A stretch of DNA of 64,000 nucleotides from Octopus vulgaris. Its lineage: Eukaryota. The translations under genes were made by a program, and so were the position numbers. This document shows, one piece after another, positions 14,004 through 26,286 of the stretch (the first letter of the stretch is position 1; each line of letters begins with the position of its first letter). Under the pieces are notes generated by a model. The model had not been told where the DNA came from, did no database searches, and saw nothing but the letters and a program-made list of their open reading frames with translations. The stretch is taken from contig OX597835.1 of NCBI GenBank assembly GCA_951406725.2, positions 38,936,001 through 39,000,000 of the forward strand. Direction: 5' to 3'.

Positions 14004-14431
14004 GGATCTTTTCGGTTTGAACAGCAGTTCTTTCTAGCGGTGGCATATGAAATTGTCACCCATAATTATGACCCTAGTATCGATCTATTGCATTTCAGTC
14101 TGTTTTAGGGTTAGGGTTAATTAGGGTTGGGGGTGGGGGGAAGGGTATCTTTTTTTCTTCAGAAATGTAAAGAAACCCAATCTGTTTCTTAAATGAGGTA
14201 CATATTCATACGGCACAGAATGTTTTCATCTCAAATAGACGTCAGTGATTGGTTGAAATTGCAGAAATTGAAGAAAAAAAACAACAAATATCTTACAAAC
14301 TATAGAATTTTCTCAATAAAGCCAAGAGAAAAAGATGTTTTATAAACACATTCTACCAGTATACGAAGTTTAAAAGTGTTTAGTTACGTGGAAATTATTC
14401 TAAAAAACTGTCGTTCAAACCGAAAAGATCC
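14004..14431. mobile_element. Second copy of the same MITE, opposite orientation
   Basis: TIRs GGATCTTTTCGGTTTGAAC / GTTCAAACCGAAAAGATCC; interior is the reverse complement of 13472-13889; flanks AATCTTTA/ACTTTTTA (6/8 match). Confidence 0.8.
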
Positions 14432-15004
14432 ACTTTTTATGTCCTCTGTACATCAGTGTCGTTGTTCTTGTTGATTGTACTTCGAAGGCGTCAAACTTAC
14501 GAAATCTTCCTTAAATTCATTTTCTTTTCTTTTTTTCAGTTTCTCAATGAACTCCCGTTTTGTCTTTTATTGCCATTCTTCTCTTAGTTTCTTCCTGTCG
14601 TTGCTGTTGTAATTCTTGTGGTTGGTGTTGGTTTAGCTTTCAGTCTTAGCAAGCTGTGCAAATGACAGAGAATTTTTCCTCTCCTCTCTGACGTCATCTG
14701 TTGTTATCATAGAAACAACAAAACGGTTACTTGCTGAGAAGACGCTTGGCATATTCAATGCTCCGCCTCTTTCACTTTGTCTTTCATTATGCTTCTCATT
14801 ATTTCTCTCTCTCTCTCTCTCTCTCTCCCCTTCTCTCCCTCTTACTCTCTTAAACACACATTGTGAGTTATACTTGCCTCCAATAATATAATTATTTTTC
14901 CGGTGGGATGTAATGGAAAGAATTACAATTTTGCAAAACAAAATTTTAAATCCGTTAAATATTCCCTCGGCGGAAAACCGAGATTGCACGAATGTGAGCA
15001 ACAG

Positions 15005-15276
15005 AGAAAGAAACCGTCAGTCCAGTAGTTGTAAGGGCACTGGGAGCATTAACAAGCGGGTTTGGGAAATCTGTTAGAGAAATTGAGATTGACATGAGGG
15101 TAGAACATACTCAGAAGACTGCTGTGATGGGAACAGCAAGGGCTTTGTAAGGTCGCCACTTGGTTGTTAATTATTGTGGAAAGAGGCACTGTGCAACTCT
15201 TGACAAGAGATTACTGTCCGCTCATACAGAATTAGCCGGAGCAAGTGAAATCGAGGGCTCTGAGGAGTGAAATGAC

Positions 15277-15325
<49 letters not shown>

Positions 15326-15343
15326 TTAATATTAATAATAATA
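15005..15343 (+). mobile_element. 3' end of an R4/Dong-like (restriction-like endonuclease) non-LTR retrotransposon with (AAT)n tail
   Basis: Reads PVVVRALGALTSGFGKSVREIEIDMRVEHTQKTAVMGTAR, typical C-terminus of REL-endonuclease LINEs. Confidence 0.7.
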
Positions 15344-15389
15344 AATTCGTTTATTGGACACAAGGGCTACCCACCTTTCAATAAAAAGT

Positions 15390-15598
15390 AAACTGTAAAA
15401 GCTTTGTAAAAACTTTGTTGTGTTAAGTACTGGTTATCACAAAAGTATTACAATACATATATACATTCTTTGATAATAATAAGAAAATGTTAATTTTCAC
15501 ATTTTCTTATTATTATCAAAGAATGTATATATGTATTGTAATATTTTGTGACAACCAGTACTTAACACAACAAAGCTTTTACAAAGCTTTTACAGTTT
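15390..15598. repeat. Near-perfect fold-back, ~100-bp arms (15390-15490 / 15499-15598), 8-nt loop
   Basis: AAACTGTAAAAGCTTTGT...AGAAAATGT vs ACATTTTCT...ACAAAGCTTTTACAGTTT. Confidence 0.93.
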
Positions 15599-15643
15599 GC
15601 TTTTGACAATCTTTTTCTAAAAAAGTGAAACCGGTCAAGTGAA
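15596..15643 (+). ncRNA. Minimal hammerhead with U3:A8 core variant
   Basis: TTTGCTT-TTGACAA-T-CTTTTT cta AAAAAG-T-GAAAC-CG-GTC-AAGTGAA; stem I 7 bp with 2 GU pairs; palindrome ACCGGT. Confidence 0.68.
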
Positions 15644-15677
15644 TAAACATCTTTTAAAATTGCATTTTCAAAACTTC

Positions 15678-15740
<63 letters not shown>

Positions 15741-15933
15741 TACATACATACATACATGTGTGTGTGAATGTGTGAATATATATATTTATATATAATTATA
15801 TTAAATTAGAGATAAAACCACTATTAGGCAAATCAAACAATGAAAAACTTAAGCCAATACATAAAATTGATTAATTTAAATTATTTTAAGTATATATCAA
15901 AAGTATTAAAAGATTAAAAGATAATGATTAAAA

Positions 15934-16002
15934 CACTACGATCGTTTCATGGCTGTCCAATTCGTAATAATTCGAGTTATGGTTACAGTCAATCTTCAGA
16001 TG
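15934..16002 (-). ncRNA. Hammerhead motif (left arm)
   Basis: Minus: CAT-CTGAAGA-T-TGACTGT...ACAGCCA-T-GAAAC-GATC-GTA-GTG. Confidence 0.62.
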
Positions 16003-16110
16003 ACTGAAATATTTAGAAATTATGTTAAAATCTGCCGTTCAAACCGAAAAGATCCGGTCTTTCTACAATTATGTGCAGATCATAACGAATTCGACTAATT
16101 CTGTCCGTTC

Positions 16111-16176
16111 CTGAAGATTAACTGTAACCATAACTCGAATTATTACGAATTGGACGGCCATGAAACGATCGTAGTG
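16111..16176 (+). ncRNA. Hammerhead motif (right arm; 5' strand of stem I apparently lost)
   Basis: CTGAAGA-T-TAACTGT...ACGGCCA-T-GAAAC-GATC-GTA. Confidence 0.55.
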
Positions 16177-16393
16177 TTTTAATCATTATCTTTTAATCTT
16201 TTAATACTTTTGCTATATATTTAAAATAATTTAAATTAATTAATTTTATGTATTGGCTTAAGTTTTTCATTGTTTGATTTGCCTAATAGTGGTTTTATCT
16301 CTAATTTAATATAATATAATATTTTACTATGAAATTGGATTCAATCCTAAATCTGATTTTTCCCTGTAAGTTTGGATTTATTCCCTAATATTT

Positions 16394-16456
<63 letters not shown>

Positions 16457-16462
<6 letters not shown>

Positions 16463-16906
16463 AGGGGTACCCAAAATAAACCGGAATTTTGCAACAATGT
16501 TCGGGTGGTCGACGGTCTTCCTGAACGAGGTTGGTCTTCAAGCGACAAATGACCATTCCTATAGCGTGGAAACCATTCGTAAATTTGTGTTTTGCCCATG
16601 GCAGTGTCCTTGTAAGCTGTTTGAATCATGACAACTGCTTCGGCCGCCGTTTTCCCCAGCAGAAAACAGAATTTCACGGAAGCACGCTGTCCCTTCGTTT
16701 CCGCCATTGCAAAAATCGACGAACGGCGGGGAAACACTGCAAAACAAAGACGCACCAGGTGTAGCAGTACGACCTCATGAGACTACGCCGGTCGGCAGAC
16801 TGATACCTGATGGTTGCATCAAGTGGCTTCTAGCGGTAGAAGACTGAACTACAACGGGTTTGTTCCACAGATAACGTTTCCGGTTACTTTTGAGTACCAT
16901 CTCGTA
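16457..16906 (-). mobile_element. Internally deleted mariner transposon
   Basis: Imperfect TIRs CACGGAAGGGGTACCCAAAATAAACCGGAA and revcomp TACGAGATGGTACTCAAAAGTAACCGGAA; TA-rich flanks. Confidence 0.8.
16504..16707 (-). pseudogene. Mariner transposase N-terminal HTH fragment
   Basis: MAETKGQRASVKFCFLLGKTAAE...QIYEWFPRYRNGHLSLEDQPRSGRPST; catalytic domain deleted. Confidence 0.88.
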
Positions 16907-16915
16907 TATCTGTAT

Positions 16916-16947
<32 letters not shown>

Positions 16948-17549
16948 ATTTGGCTCAAAAGCAAATAGCAAGGCCATGTAGGGGGACATGGAGTTAAGTA
17001 CAGGGTGGTGTTCATGTAAAGAGTTCAGGCCACTTGAGGTCCAGGGAGGCTTTGAACAAAGCGGTCGTCGGCATCTTCACCATCTCGTCTGGCAGCTTGT
17101 TCCACGGATCCGCAACCCGGACGGAGAAAGCTCCTCTCCTTCGATTGAGATGAAATCGTCGCAGGTAGAGCTTTTCGGAATGACCCCGCAGCCGACGCTC
17201 TGGAGCAGGAGTGAAGAACAGCTCTTTCGAGAGGTTACACTTTCCGCTTATGATGTTGTGGGCGAGAATGAGATCACCACGGCGGCGGCGTTTTTCAAGA
17301 GAATAAAGGTCGAGCGTCCTCAGCCTTTCTTCGTAGGACAAATTTTTGAGACCATGAACCATGCGGGTAGCCAGCTTCTGGACTCTTTCGAGATGCTGTA
17401 TGTCTTTGAGGAGATAAGGAGAAGAGGCTTGAATCCCATACTCCAATATGGGTCTCACCAGCGTGACATAGAGTGGTAGGAATATGGCTGCTGTGAGCAT
17501 TCCGAATGACCGTCGAATCAAGAACAGAATTCCGCGTGCTTTGTTGGCA
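16916..17549 (-). mobile_element. 5'-truncated CR1-clade LINE with (TAAC)n tail; open frame 17012-17521
   Basis: LYVTLVRPILEYG...KDIQHLERVQKLATRMV...SYEERLRTLDLYSLEKRRRRGDLI...WNKLP, the CR1 ORF2 C-terminus. Confidence 0.92.
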
Positions 17550-17574
17550 CGTATCTAAATGTATCTAAATGTGT

Positions 17575-17773
17575 GTGTGCGTGCGTTTGCAAGTGAGTGT
17601 GGGTGTGTACAGTTGGCCTCCACTTAGTTTCCGTCAACCAAATTCACTCACATGACATTGGTGCACCTGGGATTTAGTAGATATTCTTGGCCTAAGGTTC
17701 TACCTACTCACAATGAACCAAAGACCACATGCCTTTGTAGCAAGCCTCGTAACCACAGACTTGCCTGCGCCTG
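17575..17773 (-). mobile_element. Old SINE family A 5' half
   Basis: GTTTCCGTC.ACCAAATTCACTCAC...TGCCTGCGCCT. Confidence 0.65.
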
Positions 17774-18800
17774 TATATGAAAAGCATGCTCTGTGAGTTG
17801 TGGAGGCCATAATTTAAAATTTAGAAAAATAATGTTTTTTTTAAATCTGTATAGTTTATGGTTTATGAAATGAATAGAAGAACTAAACCTCTATTATTTA
17901 TTTCCACATTAAACATTCTACAAAAAATAAACACGATTATTTCTATATTGATATATATTTCTTATAATTCAATGTGCAGTAATTTTCAATATGTGTACAA
18001 TATAATGGAAGGCGTCATAAATTTGAAACTTGAAGCAAAAAAGAAATTAACAAATATTGAACATAATATATTCACAGGATATGGCTATGTGCAATGTCAT
18101 TTCCTTTCAATTGCTATTGTAATATCTTTGAGACATGGATTTAATTATTTTCTTGGCGACAAGAAATGAGGAATTGTTAGCAGCAGGAGTCTTTGATTAT
18201 ACTGAACTAATTGTTGAGATTCTAAGTTTTCCGGAGCTTTGAGATTCCAAATTTTCCTTATCGATTTCGTTTCGGAGAAATTCGAACGAAATTTGACCGA
18301 GGGCCAACAGGTGAGGCCCGTTTTATTACAAGAACTGAATTGATAGATTAAGTAAGAGTGATTATGCAATTTGTTGTAAGGGTCTTTGTCATGTATTAGG
18401 AACCACTTTGGTGACAAATCGTCTGAAGAATAAGGTAAGAAGAGGGAGTCTCTAAAGATTCCTGTGAATGTTTGATATGTTACGCAGGTGAAACTGTGAC
18501 TCACGAAACCTATCTAGGCCATGTCACTGTTCCCATTTGCTACAGAAAACCCCGTGATTTCAGTTTCTCAGCCAGACGTATACTAACACAAAATTTGAAC
18601 ATTAAGACTTCGGATTCATCCATTCATTCCACAAAAGTCCATTAGAAAAGATCCCTCCTATGTGTGACCCATAGCAAACTTAGGGCACACTTTCGGTTCC
18701 ACAGAACAGTTAATGGTTATTTTGTAGTCCAAGTCGTTTCATTCGTCCATAAATATCTGGCACCAATGATCTACGTTTGCTATGCATGACCAGCTTTTGC

Positions 18801-18910
18801 TTAACCCTTTAGCATTTAAACCGGCATTATCAAGACCAAATATTATACCTGTTTTATGCTAAAACTGACCAGATCGTGCCTCTCACACCTACGCTCCTAT
18901 GCCATTCTAA
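18801..18910 (+). mobile_element. piggyBac-like MITE end
   Basis: TTAA followed by CCCTTTAGCATT; no partner end seen. Confidence 0.4.
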
Positions 18911-19454
18911 AGAAGTGAAATAGAACCAGTGCGTGTTTATTATTAGCATAATGACCCTTCCGCGAGGCAACTAAACGAGTTGTCAGTGTTCTACGTTATA
19001 TGTGTGTGCAATGCCCGGCTGTGTATGCTGCGAAATTTTGTATGACCTGAGGTTTGGATCATTAGTTTAATCTAATAGTTTTATCTATTAGTTTAATCAT
19101 TTTTAAACCAGCTATAATTATCATTGGGATTGCTTCTGTTTTCAGTCGCCTGTGATTATCTCCATTTACGGATCTTTACATTTGAGATGGCTTTTTCATT
19201 TCATCTTGCTATGCATTAAATGTCTTTGGGGACTAACTCTTTTAAAGAGGAAACGACAAAAAAAATCTGGTGGAATAGCATTGATCTTCTTGCCTGTGTG
19301 AGTTGGCAAATCCCACGATATTAACACTTAGTCAATTGCCGAGGTCTTTCTATGTGTATGTTTACACCGTCTGTTCAGTGTCGCTATTTCCTAATGTTGG
19401 TTTAATTCACAGTATATGAAGGCTGTACAAACGTATCTATCTCTATCGACATCT

Positions 19455-19745
19455 GTCCTAGTGATTGTGGTGTTGCATTCACGATCTAGCGATCGTGGGT
19501 TCGATTCCAGGATAGAGCGGCGCGTTGTACCCTCGAGCAAAACACTTCCTTATACGTTGGTCCAGTCCACTCAGCCGTAAATGGATACCTCTGAGACGGA
19601 CTAGCCTCTTCCGATCGGCAGGAATATTGACCTGTTCACCTAACCAACAAGATAGTTTCATGGCTAAAGCGATACAAAGCGTACTGTGACCAGCGATGTA
19701 TAACAACATCCGATAATCTAGTCGATAATGTAATATCACGTGATA
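19455..19745 (+). mobile_element. Diverged tRNA-headed SINE sharing its 3' end with family C
   Basis: GGGTTCGATTCC B-box; GTGACCAGCGATGT...AACATC..ATA...TCACGTGATA tail as at 47963-48012. Confidence 0.7.
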
Positions 19746-19796
19746 TCGATATCTGTCTCTGTTTGTCAGTCTGTCTGTCTCCGTCTCTCTCTCTCC

Positions 19797-19890
<94 letters not shown>

Positions 19891-19943
19891 AGCAGGGAAA
19901 AGTTTGTAGCTGCTCTTCTCCCTCTCTCTCTCTCTCTGTATAT

Positions 19944-19999
<56 letters not shown>

Positions 20000-20004
20000 T
20001 TTAT

Positions 20005-20520
20005 ATTTCGAAATGGTCATTATGCCAGTTTAGCCAATAAAAACACACGCACTATATATTTGGTGTTATTTTGCTTCAGTGATATTTATTTTTTTACATT
20101 AATCTTAATCTTATTTCGGCCAGAGTTCTTTCGTCACACTCCTGTGACCGCATCAGTGGTCCTTTGTTTTCTTTTTTCTTATTTGTGTCTCTCCTTACTA
20201 ACCGTCAGCCATTTTGTATTTCTATTGTATGTCTTCATTTGCGCATGCTTATATCTCTATGTGCGTCTATGTTTATTTAGTGTGTGGGAAGGATGCCTGT
20301 AATATTTGTATCTTCTGTTTATGTAATTTGTTTTTGTTGTTGTTGTTTTTGTTTATTCTTATTTTGTTCATGTGTTTACATCTACTTATTATTATCATTA
20401 CATATGCTTGTATGTATGTATAACAACAATACTAGTAATAATAATAATAATATATAGTTATTTATTTCTATTTGTTTATTTATCTGTGTATTTATTATGT
20501 TTTCGGGATCCTCTACCGTC
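20005..20520 (-). mobile_element. Penelope-like pLTR fragment between TA tracts; homologous to 44993-45112
   Basis: Shared TGCCAGTTTAGCCAAT...TCTTAATCTTATTTCGGC; carries a hammerhead motif. Confidence 0.6.
20120..20159 (-). ncRNA. Minimal hammerhead-like motif (A9C variant)
   Basis: Minus: CCA-CTGATGC-G-GTCAC...GTGAC-GAAAG-AA-CTC-TGG. Confidence 0.55.
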
Positions 20521-20779
20521 ATATATATATATATACATACATACATACATACATACATACATACATACATACATACATACATACATACATACATACCTAA
20601 TTTGCCGCTATCGGTGCAATGGCAAGTTAAATGCTTGTTGGACTGTGTGAACAAAGAAGCAGGACTTCTTTCTCTTTAACTCTTTTGAAATGTTGTGTAC
20701 CTTGAATTACGAATTGATGCGGATGAATGAAGGTAAATATATCTTGAAGTTATGCATATTTTTTCACAAAATATGGAGT

Positions 20780-20879
20780 ATACCGCTGAAGAATGTAGTA
20801 TGTACTAAATTTGAATTAGACTAATCTTTTTAAATCGATTTATTTAGTTTGTACATTAGACATGAAACTAGTCTTGTAT
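20780..20879 (+). ncRNA. Type-I hammerhead, canonical core, long stem II
   Basis: ATACCG-CTGAAGA-ATGT..ATGTAC...GTACAT..ACAT-GAAAC-TA-GTC-TTGTAT; palindrome ACTAGT. Confidence 0.72.
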
Positions 20880-21573
20880 TAACCACGCTAACCTTAAAAT
20901 AGACTTAATTCATCTTGCTCGCCTTTGTATGTATGTATGTATGTATGTATATATGTATAGATATATTTATATATGCTTATGATTGTGTGTCTGTGTGTGT
21001 CTGTGTATGTGTGCGTGTGAGCGGTCACGTTTGTCTGTGTGTTTGTGTGTGTATGTATGTATGTATGTATGTATGTATGTATGTATGTATGTATGTATGT
21101 GTGTATGTGTGTGTATGTATTGATATATGCGTGTGTACGCGTGCCCTCTGGACATCCACAAACACTATAAATGATTGTTTTTTTCCTGACCTTACTAATT
21201 TTCTATACTTACATTTTGTATTTTGTATCGTTATACAATTTCTTAGGAGATCATTTCATGGTTCGCTCTGTCAAGACCTCTTCCCAGGTCGATCGTTTCA
21301 CCTTTGACCTTCCTGTTAGTCATAAGTCCTTTTTTTTTCCCTAACAACTTCTTTCCTCAAACTACTACTCTCTGGAACTCTTCTACCATCGTCGTGTTTT
21401 TCCTCTAGAATCTGATCATCAATCTTTTAATCTTTCCGCCAATCAGCATTCAAGCACTGCACACGAGCCTAACGTAGAACACTCACAATTATTTAAGCTG
21501 TATATTGGAAGGGTCATTACGCCAATAATATACATGCACTGGTTCTATTTCAGTTCTGTAAGATAATACAGGT

Positions 21574-21765
21574 GGAGGCACATGGCCTAGTGGTTAGAGA
21601 AGCGGACTCGCGGTCGAGGGATCGCGGGTTCGAATCGCAGACCGGGCGATGTGTGTGTTTATGAGCGAAACACCTAAGCTCCATGCGGCTCCGGCAGAAG
21701 GTAATGGCGAACTTCTGCTGACTCTTTCGCCACAACTTTTCGTTCCCTTTGACTTCCCTTACGCT
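21574..21765 (+). mobile_element. SINE family C (tRNA-like head), 3'-truncated
   Basis: TGGCCTAGTGGTTAG A-box, GGTTCGAATC B-box; homologous to 47721. Confidence 0.8.
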
Positions 21766-21951
21766 ACAGTGGCGTTCGAGACCGGTGGAATTTTTCTTCA
21801 ACAATTTCCTCCTGGTTCAGTCTTCCCAGGCATAAATCATGTTGAGGCTTTTCTTCTCATCGTACCAACACGGCATTCTGTGGTTCTATTTTTCAGCTGC
21901 GTGTTTGTCCGTTCCATCCAAAACCTCAAATCTGCTTCGTATTTGCTGACT

Positions 21952-22137
21952 ATTCTTTTATCCTTTTATTTGTTCCAGACATTTGAGTTCAGCCATGCTG
22001 GAGCACCGCGTTTAGTCGAAGAAATCGATCCCAGGAATTGTTCTTTGTAAGTCTAGTACTTATTCTATCGCTCTCTTTTGCCGAGCCGCTAAGTTACGAG
22101 GACGTAAACACACCCACATCGGTTGTCGAGCGATGGT

Positions 22138-22220
<83 letters not shown>

Positions 22221-22528
22221 ATGGCTCAGTGGTTAGAGTGTCGGGCTTACAATCATGAGGAAGTTATTTCAATTCTCGGACGGGGCTGTATGTTGACACT
22301 TTATTTCACGTTGCTCCTGTTCACTCAGCTGTGGAAATGAATTGCGACGTCACTGGTGCCAAGCCGTACGGGCCCCTTTGCCTTTTTCTCGGATGACATT
22401 AGTGGCATTGAGTGGGGGAGGCTGGTAAGCATGGGCGACTGCTGGTCTCCCTTGCCCGGACTTGTGCCTCTGAGGGCAACTGTCTAGGTGCAATCCCATG
22501 ACCGTTCGTGACCGAAGGGGGTGGTCTT

Positions 22529-22568
<40 letters not shown>

Positions 22569-22779
22569 CACACACACACATATACATACATACACATATA
22601 CACACAGACTACGTGTTTCTTTCAAATTCCGTTTACCAAATATAGTCACAACGCTTTGGTCCTTTGGTCGGCCCGAACCTAGAGTAAAAGACAGTTGCCC
22701 AAAGTGCCACGCAGTGGGACTGAACACAGAACCATGTAGTTCGAAAGCCAACTTCTTACCATACAGCCACGCCTGTGCC
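21952..22779 (-). mobile_element. SINE family A split by a family D SINE inserted in its internal microsatellite
   Basis: 3' half 21952-22145, 5' half ~22605-22779. Confidence 0.8.
22218..22530 (+). mobile_element. SINE family D
   Basis: TGGCTCAGTGGTTAG head; CTAGGTGCAATCCCATG...GACCGAAGGGGG tail; homologous to 57711-58076. Confidence 0.8.
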
Positions 22780-23468
22780 ATATAAACGGAATAACTAGAA
22801 TATCGTTCTTTTTTTTTTCTTTTTACTCTTTATCTTTATTTTACGTATTAATCTAACGTCTATAATATTCGTTCCTAATCTTTTTCTATGTGCTGTACAC
22901 AAGTTCATTAATTCCTAAGTATTTGTATGTCTGTTTCGTTTAATGCTCTTATCTCTGCATTTTTTTTTTGTATATAAAATGATATTAATGGTGTTTATTA
23001 ATTTTCCTATCTTACAACTTACCTTGGCGTAGTTTCTTTAACTGAATCTCATATCATTTGCTCTGTGAAACCATGTATTTTCTACAGCAGTATTTGTAGT
23101 TGATTGGCATCTCTGTTCCAACTTAACGATATCCAGGTAGAAAAATATCCAGGTAGAAAAAAAGAAAAAAGATATGAATGATTGTCTTCCCATTAGCGTT
23201 GTTATCCGAGTTCCATATTGTTTAACAGACTGAGTAAAGGTGTTAATAACGGGAAGAAAAGAAGAGCAGCAACGAAGTCCCCCACCACCGGAAGATATTG
23301 CTTTTCTAATTGTGGTAGGATTCGGTTTTATATTACCTTGTTGTCATTTAGATCTGCCGAATGGTTTCCCATTTTTTCTTCACGTGTTTGATGTACATTC
23401 TAATAATCGGTCCTTCCTTACGGTTAATGCTTTCAGTATCCAGAAGTAGGAAATATTGTCGAAATCTT

Positions 23469-23948
<480 letters not shown>

Positions 23949-24071
23949 GTGCTTCTTCGTACGCAATCCATGCCGTAAAGAAATCCATCTTTCTTCTGCG
24001 GTTCTCCGTTATGCTTTTCTTTTTGTTGTTATTAATTGTTCGTTCGAACAATATAATCCTTCAGAATATCG

Positions 24072-24655
24072 AAGGTGCATGGCTTAGTGGTTCGAATATT
24101 CAGCTTACGCTCGTAAGCTCGTGAGTTCAATTCCCGGCGACGCGTTGTGTCCTTGAGCAAAACACTTTGCTTCACGTTGCCTCACTCTGCTCGGCTGGCA
24201 AAAATGAGCTATACCTATTTCTTTACTACCCACAAGGGGCTAAACATAGAGGGGACAAACAAGGACAGACAAAGGGGTTAAGTCGATTACATCGACCCCA
24301 GTGCGTAACTGGTACTTAATTTATCGACTCCGAAAGGATGAAAGGCAAGGTCGACCTCGGCAGAATTTGAACTCACAACGTAACGACAGACGAAATACGG
24401 CTACGCATTTCGCCCGGCGTGCTAACGTTTCTGCCAGCTCGCCGACCTTTATGAGTTATACCTACCATTCAAAGAGCCAGCCTTCTCACATTCTGTGTCA
24501 CGCTGAATCTCCTTGAGAACTACGTTAAGGGTACGTTAAGGGTACACGTGTCTGTGGAATGCTCAGCCACTTTCACACTAATTTCACGAGCAGCCTATTC
24601 CGTTGATCGAATCAAGTGGATCCCTCGTCGTCGTCGCAACCGACGGAGTGCCAGT
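24072..24655 (+). mobile_element. tRNA-headed SINE (family E) interrupted by a SINE B insertion
   Basis: TGGCTTAGTGG / GAGTTCAATTCC boxes, CCTTGAGCAAAACACTT core-like block, sequence resumes after 24464. Confidence 0.7.
24218..24450 (-). mobile_element. SINE family B nested in family E
   Basis: TSD ATGAG(C/T)TATACCTA at 24204-24217 and 24451-24464. Confidence 0.9.
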
Positions 24656-24735
24656 TATCCTTCACACCAACTGTTCGGCCTTCTATATAAGAGTTTTTGC
24701 TGTTGTTATTTTAAATATTCATTTTAAATATTCAT

Positions 24736-25124
24736 AGGCGCAGGAGTGGCTGTATGGTAAGTAGCTTGCTTACCAACCACATGGTTCCGGGTTCAGTCCC
24801 ACTGCGTGCCACCTTGGGCAAGTGTCTTCTACTATAGCCTCGGGCCGACCAAAGCCTTGTGAGTGGATTTGGTAGACGGAAACTGAAAGAAGCCCGCCGT
24901 ATATATATATGTGTGTGTGTGTGTATGTTTGTGTATGTCTGTGTTTGTTCCCCCATCATTTTGACAACCGATGCTGGTGTGTTCACGCCCCCGTAACTTA
25001 GCAGTTCGGCAAAAAGAGACCGATAGAATAAGTAGCAGGCTTAGAAAGAATAAGTCCTGGGGTCGATTTGTTCAACTAAAGGCGGTGCTCCAGCATGACT
25101 GAAACGAATAAAAGAATAAAAGAA
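24736..25124 (+). mobile_element. SINE family A, full length
   Basis: Match to 23469. Confidence 0.92.
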
Positions 25125-25893
25125 TCTTCATTCTACGGTCTAATTGTAGTTAATTGCTTCCAAACCGCAAGCTGAAATTTATGAGTTGTATTTTTATCAA
25201 GTTCTAATGAGATTTGTTTTTTAATCTTGGAGATTAAGATAGGTTTTTCTCCTTCAGTGAATCATTCAAGTGTTGCTTCAAATTCTCTAAGAAATCAAAA
25301 ATATCTTAACTTATCTGTCTGGAAACTTATCACCTATTTTCAATTTCAATTAGTTCCTTTATTAATTTGTCTGTATCACTTACCTGACCTTATATGTTCA
25401 CTCTTGGAGAAGGCGCGTGACCTAGTGGTTAAGACGTTGCACCCACGATCGTTAGATTGTGGGTTCGATTCCAGAGTCGAGCAGCGCATTGTGTTCTTAA
25501 GCAAAAGACTTTATTTCACGTTGCTCAGAGGACAGGAGAGTGGCAAAATTATTTGCACTTCTGCACAGATGTTTTACGCTATATCCTCCGGCAGTCTACA
25601 TTCTGAGTTCAAATCCAACCTGCCTGGAAAGGTCAACAGGAAACCACTCCCGTATTCAGCCGAAGTTCCCGTAATCTACTTGACGACGGTAGGGGAGGGT
25701 ACGGTCTCTCCCGGGTCGTATAGAGAGCGGTGTAGAAGGTTCGTATTCACAGGACCTGCACAAGAGCAAACCATCGCTAGACTTTAGACTACAGCTTTTA
25801 AAGCGCTGCACTTGTTTTAAGCAAGCTTGTCCACAGAGCCTTCGCCATGTCCATATTTCATTAAAAAAAACTAGTCTGTTTTGCTTGCTGTCG

Positions 25894-26286
25894 ACTCTTT
25901 TACTTGTTTCAGTCATTTGACTGTGGCCATGCTGGAGCACCCCCTTTTAGTCGAGCAAATCGACCCCAGGACTTATTCTTTGTAAGCCTAGTACTTATTC
26001 TATCGGTCTCTTTTGCCGAACCGCTAAGTTACGGCGACGTAAACACACCAGCATCGGTTGTCAAGCGATGTTGGGGGGACAAACACAGACACACATACAC
26101 ATACATATATATATACATATATACGACGGGCTTCTTTCAGTTTCCGTCTACCAAATCAACTCAAAAGGCTTTGGTCGGGCCGAGGCTATAGTAGAAGACA
26201 CTTGTCCCAAGGTGCCACGCCGTGGGACTGAACCCGGAACCATGTGGTTGGTAAGCAAGCTACCTACCACACGGCCACTCCTACGA
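25894..26286 (-). mobile_element. SINE family A, full length
   Basis: Reverse-complement match. Confidence 0.92.

Larger units (their letters stand above)
15795..16400. mobile_element. Penelope-like pLTR with ~205-bp inverted arms (15795-15999 / 16111-16315), embedded in (TA)n
   Basis: Arms are near-identical reverse complements, each beginning at a hammerhead CTGAAGA core. Confidence 0.75.

Noticed and set aside
21574-21650. tRNA gene candidate (also 47721, 22218, 24072)
   Set aside because: A/B boxes continue into shared SINE bodies with TSDs; no clean cloverleaf
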